A stretch of DNA of 64,000 nt from Candidatus Polarisedimenticolaceae bacterium (GCA_035649595.1 DASRJG010000082.1:10141-74140); one strand, 5' to 3'. Shown: positions 31,464 to 40,658, counted from the first letter of the stretch. Program-made: numbers and translations. Notes: generated by a model from the sequence alone, not told the origin.

Positions 31464-32941
31464 GGCTCGACGGGAACGGGGGCGGGCACGTCGGGAGGGG
31501 GAGGCGCTCCGGGGGCGACGAGCGTCCATCCGATCGTCCGCTCGACGGCGCCTTCCGCGGCGTCGGAGACGCGGATGACGACGCGGTAGGCGCCGGCGGG
31601 CCAGGTCGCGGAGGTCGGAAGCGCGAACCCCTGTCCGAAGGCGTCGGCCTCCCGCTCCTGCGGCGGCCCCAGCGCGCGGAAGCGGCCGTCGTCCTCGCGC
31701 CCCTCGAGCTGATAGGCGATCCGGTACGGTGCGGTCCCCCCGTAGATCTCGTAGAAGAGCTGGAGCGGCTCCCCCGCGCGCACCTCCGTCGAGGCGCGCG
31801 GCGTGACGCGGAAGCCTCCGACGATGTACGGCGCATCGTAGCTCTGCTGCGTGGCGAACGGCAGCGGCTCCATCGCGCGCGCGAGCACGACGTCCGAGAG
31901 CCGGAGCCCGCTCGCGGGGAGCGGATCGATCCGGCCCTTGTAGATGCGGCTGATCCCGCTGTCCGGCGCGACCGCGAGCACGGTGACGTCCCACGGCATC
32001 CCGTCGAGCGCCACGCGCCCTTGCCCGACGCGCGCAGCCCCTTCGCCCTCGACCCGGAACGACCCCTCGCCGAGGATCTTCGGCTCCGCCCCCTTGCGGG
32101 AGAAGCGCGCGAGCAGCGCGGGGACCGGATCGGCCGGATCTCCGGCCGGGATCGAGACGGTGACCACCGCGAGCATTCCGGCCCCTTGCGGCGCGAAGCG
32201 GTCGATCGAGAGCGGCAGCGGCCGGTACGCGAACGTCTCGACCGTCTCGACCGAGTCCAGCAGCATCGCCTCCTGCGACGGGACCTCCTGCATCTTCCCG
32301 AGGTCGAGCATCACGCCGAGCGGATCGCGGCTGGTCGTCACCTCGGTCAGGAAGCGGCCGAGGCCGGCCGTGCGCGCGTCGTCCACCTTCGCCCAGTCGA
32401 AGAAGGGGCTCGCGAGGTGCGGGTCGTAGGAGACGCGGTAGGCCCCCGACGTGTCGCGCACGAAGGGGACGTACACGACCGGGTCCACGTCCCGGCGCCC
32501 TCCCGGCTTGAGGTAGACCCAGCGGATCAGGCCGGCTCCCTGCGACTCGTCGGTCCCGACACGCGCGTTGGGGTCCTCCTTGATCTCGTCGGGGGGGCCG
32601 TAGAGGATGTAGATCTTGCCGCGATCGGTCTGCCAGCCGGGGCTGGCGCTGTCGAGGAACTTCTCGTTCGTCTCGGCGACGCGCTTCCAGAACATCTGCC
32701 GGTACTCGTTGACGAGCGTCCCCGGAGTCGGGTCCCTGCGGCGCCAGAACCGCTCGACGAACGCGGCCCGGTCGGGATCGGTCTTCGCCGCCTTGAACTC
32801 CTTGATCTCGTCGTCGGTGATGAGGTAATGGACCGGTCCGTCCAGCCAGCGCTTCAGTGGATCCGTGCGCGCGAAAACCGGGATCGGAGAGACCAGAATC
32901 GTTATCGCGGTGACGAGGATCGCCAACGAGGCGGTGCGCAC
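31460..32941 (-). CDS. GWxTD domain-containing protein
   Basis: FWRRRDPTPGT...NEYRQMFWKRV...SPGWQTDRGKIYILYGPPDEI matches the GWxTD domain signature. GTG at 32941 gives a signal peptide; the ATG at 32986 is an alternative start. Confidence 0.75.
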   Translation of the reverse strand: MRTASLAILVTAITILVSPIPVFARTDPLKRWLDGPVHYLITDDEIKEFKAAKTDPDRAAFVERFWRRRDPTPGTLVNEYRQMFWKRVAETNEKFLDSASPGWQTDRGKIYILYGPPDEIKEDPNARVGTDESQGAGLIRWVYLKPGGRRDVDPVVYVPFVRDTSGAYRVSYDPHLASPFFDWAKVDDARTAGLGRFLTEVTTSRDPLGVMLDLGKMQEVPSQEAMLLDSVETVETFAYRPLPLSIDRFAPQGAGMLAVVTVSIPAGDPADPVPALLARFSRKGAEPKILGEGSFRVEGEGAARVGQGRVALDGMPWDVTVLAVAPDSGISRIYKGRIDPLPASGLRLSDVVLARAMEPLPFATQQSYDAPYIVGGFRVTPRASTEVRAGEPLQLFYEIYGGTAPYRIAYQLEGREDDGRFRALGPPQEREADAFGQGFALPTSATWPAGAYRVVIRVSDAAEGAVERTIGWTLVAPGAPPPPDVPAPVPVEP

Positions 32942-32949
32942 CCGTGGAG

Positions 32950-32955
32950 TATAAT
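32950..32955 (+). promoter_or_regulatory. Putative -10 box (TATAAT, TATAATCC context) in a divergent intergenic region
   Basis: Perfect TATAAT 30 nt upstream of the ATG at 32985. The complementary strand reads TATACT toward the GWxTD gene. Confidence 0.35.
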
Positions 32956-32984
32956 CCGCCGCTCGCGACGTCACCGGAGGCCGC

Positions 32985-34004
32985 ATGCGCGTCGAACGCG
33001 GGGTGCTCAGCGCCGGCATGGCCGTGCTCTTGCTAACCAATGCCTGCTCCGGCGGCAAGGGCGCGTTCAAGGAGCTCGCCGATTCCGACCCGACCGTGAG
33101 GTCCAACGCCGTCTTCAAGCTGGGGGAGAGCAAGTCGAAGGAGGCGGTGGACGCCTTGATCGGGATGCTCAACGACTCCGAGGAGACGGTCCGGGTCAAC
33201 GCGATCCGCGCGCTCGGGGAGATCGGCGAGAAGAAGGCGGTCCCGCCGCTGATCCCGCTCGCCACCGACCGGCTCTCGACCGTGCGGATGGCGAGCTTCC
33301 AGGCGCTCGGGGCGCTCGGCGACCCGCGTGGGGTTCCGGCGCTGGAGCGGGGCTTGTACGACGACGACGAGTCGCTCCGGATCGTCGCCGCGCGCTCGCT
33401 GGGGATCATCCCGGGGCCGGAGTCGCTCGACACGCTGATCCGCGTCGCCCTGCAGGACGAGAGCGACCGGATCCGCGGCCACGTCGTCAAGGTCGTCGGC
33501 GAGAGGCGCGCGCGCGAGGCGGTGCCGAAGCTCGAGAGCGCGCTCGCCGCGGAGTCGGAGTTGGTCCGCGCCAACGCGGCGCAGGTGCTCGGAGAGGTGG
33601 CCGACCGGTCGAGCGTCCCGGTGCTGACCCGCGCCCTCGACGATCCTTACTTCAAGGTCCGCTCCCTCGCGTCGCACTCGATCGCGAAGATCGCCCCCGA
33701 GGACACCGAGGCCCGCGGGGCGATCGTCCGGCGCCTCGCGACCGAGACGTCGCCGATGGCGCAGGTGGACCTCGCCTGGGCGGCGGGGAAGATGGGCGAT
33801 CGCTCGCATCTCGAGGTGGTGCGGACGCTCCTCTTCAAGGGAGAGCCCGAGGACGTGCGCGCCGAGGCGGCGCTCGCGCTCGGCGACCTCGGCGACCGAT
33901 CGGACCTCGCGCTCCTCGAGCGGGCGATGACCGACAGGAAAGGGATGGTCCGAAGCCGCGTCGCCGACGCGATCGACAAGATCAAGGGCGTGAAATCGTC
34001 GTAG
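32985..34004 (+). CDS. HEAT-repeat protein
   Basis: At least eight repeats of the D..VR..A...LG..g...Avp.L type (for example DPTVRSNAVFKLGESKSKEAVDAL, EETVRVNAIRALGEIGEKKAVPPL). Confidence 0.8.
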   Translation: MRVERGVLSAGMAVLLLTNACSGGKGAFKELADSDPTVRSNAVFKLGESKSKEAVDALIGMLNDSEETVRVNAIRALGEIGEKKAVPPLIPLATDRLSTVRMASFQALGALGDPRGVPALERGLYDDDESLRIVAARSLGIIPGPESLDTLIRVALQDESDRIRGHVVKVVGERRAREAVPKLESALAAESELVRANAAQVLGEVADRSSVPVLTRALDDPYFKVRSLASHSIAKIAPEDTEARGAIVRRLATETSPMAQVDLAWAAGKMGDRSHLEVVRTLLFKGEPEDVRAEAALALGDLGDRSDLALLERAMTDRKGMVRSRVADAIDKIKGVKSS

Positions 34005-34030
34005 CGCTCCGAAGGGCGCCAGGAGAGTCC

Positions 34031-34456
34031 ATGGACAAGATCGTGAACATCGGCCAGTCGATCCACATCAAGGGTGAGCTGACGGGGAACGAGGACCTGA
34101 CCATCGAGGGGAAGGTCGAGGGGAAGGTCCTGCTGAAGGACCACAACCTGACGATCGGCGCGAACGGCAAGCTCGTCGCCGAGATCCAGGCGAAGACCGT
34201 CATGGTCCTCGGTGAGGTGACGGGGAACATCACCGCGGACGACAAGGTCGAGGTGGCCGCGTCGGGCACGCTGCGCGGGGACATCGTCGCGCCGCGCGTG
34301 GTGCTCGCCGACGGCGCGAAGTTCAAGGGGGCGATCGACATGGACCGCAAGCCCGGCGCGAGCGCGTCGCCGTCGATCTCCACGTCCGCCTCGGGGTCGC
34401 GTCCGGTGATGGAGCCCGTCGGTGCCGGCGCGTCGTTGAAGGGCGCGAACCTCTAG
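34031..34456 (+). CDS. Bactofilin-family cytoskeletal protein
   Basis: IKGELTGNEDLTIEGKVEGKVLLKDHNLTIGANGKLVAEIQAKTVMVLGEVTGNITADDKVEV...GDIVAPRVVLADGAKFKGAIDM is the canonical bactofilin beta-helix repeat. AGGAGA RBS at 34021. Confidence 0.85.
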   Translation: MDKIVNIGQSIHIKGELTGNEDLTIEGKVEGKVLLKDHNLTIGANGKLVAEIQAKTVMVLGEVTGNITADDKVEVAASGTLRGDIVAPRVVLADGAKFKGAIDMDRKPGASASPSISTSASGSRPVMEPVGAGASLKGANL

Positions 34457-34459
34457 CAG

Positions 34460-35101
34460 ATGGCGTTTCGATCGCGTCCCCCCGAGCCGGGCCCCCGTCC
34501 GGCGGCGGGGGGCGCATCGCCCCAGGCCTCGGCCGGCCACCCGTGCGGCGCGCTCGGCCGCGCGGTCGCGCGCGCATTTCGCGGGGGGAAGCCCGAGATC
34601 CTGATCCTCGGCCCCCTGTGCGGCGAGAGCGTGGTCTACCTCGCCGGCCGCGGCGCCCGTGTCCACGTCGATCCGGTCGACATCCCGGAGCCGATCCCGC
34701 CGCGCGCGCAAGGGGAGACGCCGCCGGCGGCGAAGCCGTTCGCGCTCGATCACGGCACGGCCGCTTACGACCTGGTGCTCGCCTGGGAGATGCTCGATTT
34801 CGTCCCGCCGGACCGCCTCGTCGAGGTCGGCGCGGAGATCGTGCGGGTGCTGCGGGTGGGCGGGCAGCTCTTCGTCTTCGCGCACCAGAAGCCCCCGGAG
34901 GACCAGGCGGTCCCGCCGCGCTACCGGCTCCTTGCCGACGACCTGATCGTCCGGGAGGACTCCCCGGGGACGCCGCGACGGCGCTACGTCCACCCCAACC
35001 GCGACATCGAGCGCGCGCTCGCGGGCCTCGCGGTGCAGGGGATCCAGCTCCAGCGGAACCAGATGCGCGAGATCCTCGCCTCGAAGGCGGGGGTCGGCTG
35101 A
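34460..35101 (+). CDS. Probable class I SAM-dependent methyltransferase
   Basis: ILILGPLCGESVVYLAGRGARVHVD (degenerate motif I) and YDLVLAWEMLDF...VLRVGGQLFVF (motifs II/III). Moderate support only. Confidence 0.5.
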   Translation: MAFRSRPPEPGPRPAAGGASPQASAGHPCGALGRAVARAFRGGKPEILILGPLCGESVVYLAGRGARVHVDPVDIPEPIPPRAQGETPPAAKPFALDHGTAAYDLVLAWEMLDFVPPDRLVEVGAEIVRVLRVGGQLFVFAHQKPPEDQAVPPRYRLLADDLIVREDSPGTPRRRYVHPNRDIERALAGLAVQGIQLQRNQMREILASKAGVG

Positions 35102-36285
35102 TGCTCGCGGAGCGCATCGGCCGCATCGAGCTCTCGCCCACCTTCCGCATCAACGCGATCGCCCGCCGGATGCGGGCGGAGGGGATCGACGTCCTCGACT
35201 TCAGCGTCGGCGAGCCGGATTTCCCGACGCCCCCGAGCGCGAAGGAGGCGGGGAAGCGCGCGATCGACGCCGACTTCACGCGCTACACCGCGAACGAAGG
35301 GACGCTCACGCTGCGCCAGGCGATCGCGCGGAAGCTGCGCGAGGACAACGGGCTCGACTACGCGCCGGAGCAGATCCTGGTCTCCCCCGGGGCCAAGGCC
35401 TCGCTGTACTTCGCGGCCATGGCGCTGTTCTCGCCGGGAGACGAGGTGATCGTCCCGTCGCCGTACTGGGTGTCCTATCCGGAGCAGGTCCGCCTCGCGG
35501 GGGCCGAGCCGGTGGTCGTCGCCGCCCCCGAGTCGAACGGCTTCAAGCTCGTGCCGGAGGACCTCGAGCGGGCGATCGGCCCGAGAACGAAGGGGCTCTT
35601 CCTCAACTACCCGTGCAACCCGACCGGAGCCTGCTACGACCGGGACGAGCTCGCCGCGATCGCGAGGATCGCGGTCGCGCGCGGCCTCGTGGTCATCGCC
35701 GACGAGATCTACGAGAAGCTCCTCTACGACGGGCGCGCGTTCACGAGCATCGCGGCGCTCGGCGCCGGGATCGCGGAGCGCACGATCGTCGTCAACGGCA
35801 TGAGCAAGGCGTTCGCGATGACCGGCTGGCGCCTGGGGTACGCCGCCGGTCCGAAGGCGATCATCGACGCGATGGCGGCGGTCCAGAGCCACGCGACCTC
35901 GCACCCCGCGTCGATCGCGCAGGCGGCGGGGGAAGCGGCGCTCGCGGAGGCGAGGGAGGACGTCCGCGCGATGGCGAAGGCGTTCGCCGCGCGCCGCGAC
36001 CGGATCGTCGCCGCGCTCGCCGCGATCCCGGGGGTCTCCTGCGTTCCTCCCGCCGGAGCGTTCTACGTCTTCCCGAACGTGTCGAGATTGTTCGGCCGCT
36101 CGATCGGCGGCCGCGCCGTCGCCTGCGGCCAGGACCTGGCCGAGGCGCTCCTCGAGACCGCGCGCGTCGCGGTCGTGCCGGGCGAGGCCTTCGGCTCGCG
36201 CGACCACATCCGCATCTCGTACTCCTGCTCGCGCGAGACGATCGACGAGGGGATGAAGAGGATCGCGGAGGCGCTCTCGGGCTAG
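35101..36285 (+). CDS. Pyridoxal-phosphate-dependent aminotransferase (aspartate aminotransferase class I)
   Basis: DFSVGEPDFPTP, YPCNPTG and the PLP-lysine context NGMSKAFAMTGWRLGY. Confidence 0.9.
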   Translation: MLAERIGRIELSPTFRINAIARRMRAEGIDVLDFSVGEPDFPTPPSAKEAGKRAIDADFTRYTANEGTLTLRQAIARKLREDNGLDYAPEQILVSPGAKASLYFAAMALFSPGDEVIVPSPYWVSYPEQVRLAGAEPVVVAAPESNGFKLVPEDLERAIGPRTKGLFLNYPCNPTGACYDRDELAAIARIAVARGLVVIADEIYEKLLYDGRAFTSIAALGAGIAERTIVVNGMSKAFAMTGWRLGYAAGPKAIIDAMAAVQSHATSHPASIAQAAGEAALAEAREDVRAMAKAFAARRDRIVAALAAIPGVSCVPPAGAFYVFPNVSRLFGRSIGGRAVACGQDLAEALLETARVAVVPGEAFGSRDHIRISYSCSRETIDEGMKRIAEALSG

Positions 36286-36301
36286 CGCCTGGCTTCGCGC
36301 C

Positions 36302-37264
36302 TCACTGGATGTTCCCTCCGCCGTCGACGTTGCCGCTCCCGTCGCTGCGGATCCCGCCGGCACCGTTGTTGTGCACGACGTTGTTGCGGTAGACGTTGTT
36401 GTCGCCGCCGAGAACCACGCCGTACTGCGCGCTCCCCTCCACGCTGTTCCCTTCCACGACGTTGCGCGATCCGTTGATGGTGATCGCGCCCTGGCGGACC
36501 TTGTTCCCGATGACGCGGTTGCCGTCGGAGAAGAGGAGGATCCCGCGCGCGACGTTGTTCCGGATCTCGTTGTGGTCGCTCCCGTTGAAGGCGTCGGTGA
36601 TCACGCCGGCGACCGTGTTCCCCTCGACGAGGTTGTCCTGCCCGCCGACAAACCCCTCGGTCAGCCGCAGGTCGCCGCCGATGACGTTGCCGCGCACGAT
36701 GCCGCGCCGGAGCGCGCCCAGCTCGACGTCCCCCCGGATCGTGTTGTCCAGCAGGCGGCCGGCGAGCTGTCCGGTGTCGCCGATGAGCGTGACATCGCCG
36801 TCGATCCGGGAGGAGATCATCTCGACCTCCCAGCACGGATCGAAGGCGATCCCGCCCTGGTCCGTGATCACCAGGTTCTCGAAGCGGACGAGCGCGCGGC
36901 CGACCGCCGATTTTGGCGAGGTGCCGGGGAACCCGGCGGCGATCCCGCCGCCGGCGAGGCGGCCGTTCAGGACCGCGAGCCGCCGCTCGAACAGCTCGAG
37001 GCTGCTCAGCTCGATGACGGCGCCGCCGAGCCCGGAGCGCCGCAGCGTGTGCCCGTTGAGGTCGATGGTGACGTCGTTCGCCGCCACGCGGAACACGGGG
37101 GAGCCGAACGCCTCGATGTCGCGCGTGACCACGTAGTGGCCGGGGAACGTGATGGTGAGGACCTTCGTGAGCGGGATCCGCCCTTCGTCGGCGAGCGCGG
37201 CCGAGGGGGTGGCGATCGCCATCAGCAGCGCGACTTTCCATGCGCTCAGCATCGCCATGGTCAC
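36302..37264 (-). CDS. Secreted right-handed parallel beta-helix repeat protein (NosD/CASH-like)
   Basis: Signal peptide followed by runs of G-N-x-(I/V)-x-x-N turns (NTIRGD, RGNVIGGD, VEGNTVAG, IRNNVARG, IGNKVRQG, VEGNSVEG, YRNNVVHNN). Confidence 0.65.
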   Translation of the reverse strand: MTMAMLSAWKVALLMAIATPSAALADEGRIPLTKVLTITFPGHYVVTRDIEAFGSPVFRVAANDVTIDLNGHTLRRSGLGGAVIELSSLELFERRLAVLNGRLAGGGIAAGFPGTSPKSAVGRALVRFENLVITDQGGIAFDPCWEVEMISSRIDGDVTLIGDTGQLAGRLLDNTIRGDVELGALRRGIVRGNVIGGDLRLTEGFVGGQDNLVEGNTVAGVITDAFNGSDHNEIRNNVARGILLFSDGNRVIGNKVRQGAITINGSRNVVEGNSVEGSAQYGVVLGGDNNVYRNNVVHNNGAGGIRSDGSGNVDGGGNIQ

Positions 37265-37353
37265 CCTGCCTCCCCGCTGATGTCAGAGTACCGCACTCGT
37301 ACCGGCCCCGCTTCCCGATCGCGGTATCTTATCCGGCCGCTTGGGGAGGCCGG

Positions 37354-38454
37354 ATGGGGGTGCGACGGGTTCCGTGGACGTCGTGGGCCGCGCTCGCCGC
37401 GGCGCTCAGCATGCTCGTCGGCTGGGACTGGGACATCTCCTGGCATCGATCGATCGGGCGCGACACCGCGTGGACCCCCGCCCACGTGGCGATCTACATC
37501 TCCCTCGCCATCGCGTTCGTCGCGAACGCGCTCGTCGTGCTCGACAGCACGTTCGGCCGCAACAAATCGGCGCCGGGGGTCAAGGTCCTCGGTTTCCGGG
37601 GCCCGACGGGCGCCTTCGTGACGCTGTTCGCGGTCCTGATGCAGTTCGTCGGCATCCTGTTCGACGTCTGGTGGCATGCCGTCTACGGCGTGGATGCCGC
37701 GATGTTCACGACGCCGCACAGCCTGATCGCCCTCGGAATCTGGATCTTCTTCCTGGGCCAATTCCTGGTGACGGCGCGCGAGGTCAACCTGACGGCGCCC
37801 GAGAATCGCCCGTTGGTGGTCGTCGCGATCCTGATCATGTCGATGTTCATCGGGTACGTGATGATCGGGAACGATCCGACGTATGGGCCCCTCGGGGTGC
37901 GCTCGCAGGCGTTCATGATCTCCTGCGCGCTCCTGGTGCCCTTCCCGCTGCTCCTGATCCAGGAATTCCTCGATTGGAAGTGGGCGGGAGCCGTCTGCGC
38001 GGCCCTGTATTTCGCCATGGCCTTCGTCCTCGGCCAGGTGTTCCAGCTGTTCCCGGCGCATCCTCGATTCGGGCCGGTGTACCACCGGATCAACGTTTTC
38101 CTGCCGCCGGCGTTCCCGCTGCTCCTCGTCGTCCCCGCCGCCGTGATGGGCTGGATCGCGGCGCGCCGCACGGGCCGGCTCGTCACGTTCCTGTGGCTGG
38201 GGATCGCGTTCGTCGCCGTCTTCACCGCCACCAACTGGGCGACATCGGCCTTCCTCGCGAGCCCCGCGGCGCGCAATCGCTTCTTCTGGGGGCACCTTCC
38301 GGGGACGGTGTTCATGGAGGGGCTCCGCATCGTCCCGCCGATCCGCGCCAACGCCGAAGGCGCCCTGTTCGTCGCGCTCGCCGTCGCGATCGCCACGGTC
38401 TCCGCCTGGTCCGGGGCGCGGATCGGCCACTGGATGCGCGGGGTGGTTCGGTGA
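37354..38454 (+). CDS. Polytopic membrane protein with conserved Trp/His motifs, hypothetical
   Basis: About 10 TM helices with motifs WDWDISWH, TPAHV, FDVWWH and TTPH. GGGGAGG RBS at 37343. No family recognised. Confidence 0.55.
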   Translation: MGVRRVPWTSWAALAAALSMLVGWDWDISWHRSIGRDTAWTPAHVAIYISLAIAFVANALVVLDSTFGRNKSAPGVKVLGFRGPTGAFVTLFAVLMQFVGILFDVWWHAVYGVDAAMFTTPHSLIALGIWIFFLGQFLVTAREVNLTAPENRPLVVVAILIMSMFIGYVMIGNDPTYGPLGVRSQAFMISCALLVPFPLLLIQEFLDWKWAGAVCAALYFAMAFVLGQVFQLFPAHPRFGPVYHRINVFLPPAFPLLLVVPAAVMGWIAARRTGRLVTFLWLGIAFVAVFTATNWATSAFLASPAARNRFFWGHLPGTVFMEGLRIVPPIRANAEGALFVALAVAIATVSAWSGARIGHWMRGVVR

Positions 38455-39935
38455 CGCCGGCCGCGAGGACAGCGGCGGCGCTCGGCGCGATCCTCCTGTG
38501 GCGCGTCGATGCCGCGGCGCACGTCAACAGCCCCCACATCTACCTCGAGGAGAAGATCGGACCCTACGCCGCGATCGTCGTCGCGCACATGCCTCCGGCG
38601 ATGCCGGGGGAGGCCGAGGTCCAGGTGCGCCTCTCCGATCGCGCGGACGACGATCCGATCGAGGTGTGGGCGCGCGAGATCCCGCCGGCGGGAGATGCAA
38701 CGGCCCCGGAGTGGCGGCGCATGCGGTCCTCCGAGGCCGATCCCTCGTACTTCACGGCGCCGATCCCGTTCACTCTCTTCGGGCTCTGGCACGAGGAGAT
38801 ACGGGTCAAGGGGTCGCGCGGCGAGGGCGTGATGCGGTTCCCGATGCCGGCGCGCGTGCCGATGCCCTCGACGATGGCCCCCGCTCTCGCCGCGACGCTC
38901 ACGCTCCTCGTCGGCCTTCTCTACGTCTCCCAGTGGCAGCTCCTCACCGACATCGGACGCGATGCGACGCTGCCGCCGGGAGCTCGTCCCAGCCCGGCGG
39001 ACGCGCGCCGCGGCCGCACCTGCGCGATCACGGGGACCACGCTGCTGACGTTGTTCTTCGCGCTGACCGGCGTTTCGTGGACGCTGTACGACGCGCGGCA
39101 GCAGATGCTCGGAAGCCCGCGGTATCAAGCCGAGCTGTCGGCGGAGGGCGGGCCCGTGGCCGCGGGCCGGCCCGCGACGCTGAGGCTCGTCGTGCGCGAT
39201 CGGAGAGGGAACCCGCCGCAGGGGCTCATCCCCGACCACGGAAAGTTGATGCACCTCGTCATCACGAAGGACCCCGGTGCGGGCTTCTTCCTCCACGCCC
39301 ACCCGAGGCTCGTCGATGCCGGCCGCTTCGAGCTGACGTTCATGCCCCCCGAAGCGGGCACCTATCGGGTCTTCGGCGATCTCCTGTTCGACACCGGGGA
39401 GAGCACGACCATCACCGCCCGCATCGACGTGACGTCGGGGCACGCCCTGAACACCTACGCGCCGAAGCTCGATGACGAGGACGACTCGTGGGCCCGCCAG
39501 GCTCCGATCGGCACGGTCTCCATGGACGCGCGCTCAGCCGAGGTCGGCGACGGCTTGAGCATGCGATGGGTGGACGCGCCGTCCGGCTCGCTCTCGGCGG
39601 AGACGTTCCACAAGCTCGCGTTCGAGCTCGTCGGGCCCGACGGACAGCCCGTCGCATCGATCGAGCCCTACATGGGCATGGCCGGGCACCTCTTGATCGT
39701 GCGGGACGACATGGGCGTCTTCGTCCACGCGCACCCGACCGGCACGATCGGCGGACGCATGGCGATGCTGATGAGACAGGAGAGCGCGGGCATGGGCGCG
39801 ATGCATCAGGCGAGCTACGCGCCTCGCGTGACGTTCCCCTACGCGTTCCCGTATCCGGGACGGTATCGGATGTGGGCGCAGGTGAAATACGCGGGGGTGA
39901 TTCGCACCGGTGTGTTCGACGTGGACGTTCGCTAG
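38451..39935 (+). CDS. Membrane-anchored protein with a FixH/YtkA-like N-domain and two Ig-like H-x-H-P domains (putative metal binding)
   Basis: Signal peptide, AHVNSPHIYLE...GEAEVQVRL domain, two TM helices, then two repeats (KLMHLVITKDPGAGFFLHAHP...GTYRVFGDL and GMAGHLLIVRDDMGVFVHAHP...GRYRMWAQV). GTGA overlap with the upstream gene. Confidence 0.5.
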   Translation: MTPAARTAAALGAILLWRVDAAAHVNSPHIYLEEKIGPYAAIVVAHMPPAMPGEAEVQVRLSDRADDDPIEVWAREIPPAGDATAPEWRRMRSSEADPSYFTAPIPFTLFGLWHEEIRVKGSRGEGVMRFPMPARVPMPSTMAPALAATLTLLVGLLYVSQWQLLTDIGRDATLPPGARPSPADARRGRTCAITGTTLLTLFFALTGVSWTLYDARQQMLGSPRYQAELSAEGGPVAAGRPATLRLVVRDRRGNPPQGLIPDHGKLMHLVITKDPGAGFFLHAHPRLVDAGRFELTFMPPEAGTYRVFGDLLFDTGESTTITARIDVTSGHALNTYAPKLDDEDDSWARQAPIGTVSMDARSAEVGDGLSMRWVDAPSGSLSAETFHKLAFELVGPDGQPVASIEPYMGMAGHLLIVRDDMGVFVHAHPTGTIGGRMAMLMRQESAGMGAMHQASYAPRVTFPYAFPYPGRYRMWAQVKYAGVIRTGVFDVDVR

Positions 39936-40009
39936 AGGGAGGGAGCGCATGCCGGCCGCCCGCCACGCTCGACGGGCGACCGGCATGCGGCGGGATCAGC
40001 CGATAACGG

Positions 40010-40492
40010 TTACCAGCGGATCCCACCTGCGATCAAGAACTCGGAGTTGTCGGCGACGAGGGCCTTCCCCTGGACGAACGGACGGACCTTGCCGTGCTTC
40101 GCGCCGACGCCGGCGAGAAGATTCAGGCCGACGTCGTTGTCGTCGTCTTCACCGAACTCAGGGTCGTACGTCACGAAGGCGGGACCGGCGCCCAGCCAGG
40201 GCGACCACTTGCTCGCGGTCGCGAAGTCGTAGTGGACGTCGGCGTTCAAGGACAGGACGTCCGTCGTATCACCGGCCGTGTATTCGGCGTTCGGATTGAA
40301 GTACCAGGAGTGGGATCCCCCGATATTCGTCAGGATCCCGGCGCCGACGAACGGGCCTTCCGCGTCGGTGTTGACGCCGCCGCGAACGTCGATGTCGATC
40401 TCCGCCTTCGCGGGGACGAGCATCGCAGCCGCGACCGCGATCGCGACGCCTACGACGGCGTGCGCGACAGTGCTTCTGGTACGTGAGCTCAT
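40010..40492 (-). CDS. Small outer-membrane beta-barrel protein (OmpW/OprF-N-like porin family)
   Basis: Signal peptide (AIAVAAAMLVPAKAE), alternating strands and a C-terminal IAGGIRW. AGGAGG RBS. Confidence 0.6.
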   Translation of the reverse strand: MSSRTRSTVAHAVVGVAIAVAAAMLVPAKAEIDIDVRGGVNTDAEGPFVGAGILTNIGGSHSWYFNPNAEYTAGDTTDVLSLNADVHYDFATASKWSPWLGAGPAFVTYDPEFGEDDDNDVGLNLLAGVGAKHGKVRPFVQGKALVADNSEFLIAGGIRW

Positions 40493-40604
40493 GGTGCCTC
40501 CTTTCGGTTACCCAGTCAGTCGAATGCGGTCCAGAAGGGAGCAAGCTCCGTACCGGAAGAAATGCGCGGAAGCTCGGCAGAATACTGGAGTGTCGCTCGA
40601 GATC

Positions 40605-40635
40605 GTTTGTAATCCGTGCCGAACCGCTTACAAAC
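40605..40635. promoter_or_regulatory. A/T-rich palindrome GTTTGTAA-N15-TTACAAAC (possible operator or hairpin)
   Basis: An 8-bp perfect inverted repeat in the 166-nt gap between two minus-strand barrel genes. It stands out against the G+C-rich background. Confidence 0.3.
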
Positions 40636-40658
40636 ACCGTTACGAGCGAGGGTGGAAC

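Noticed and set aside
27145-31836. A giant 1563-aa minus-strand ORF, plus similar long ORFs (for example 1680..4772, 2488..4635, 16498..19203, 19226..22021 and 57574..60198)
   Set aside because: These lie antisense or out of frame to genes with clear family motifs (gldG, DUF4340, hemC/D, gcvP, recN and others). Their translations are low-complexity Arg/Pro/Gly/Ala strings. They are stop-codon-poor artefacts of G+C-rich sequence.
32942-32986. The ATG at 32986 as the start of the GWxTD gene
   Set aside because: It would overlap the divergent HEAT-repeat gene start (32985) and place the TATAAT/TATACT box inside the coding region. The GTG at 32941 gives a normal signal peptide. This is not excluded, only less likely.
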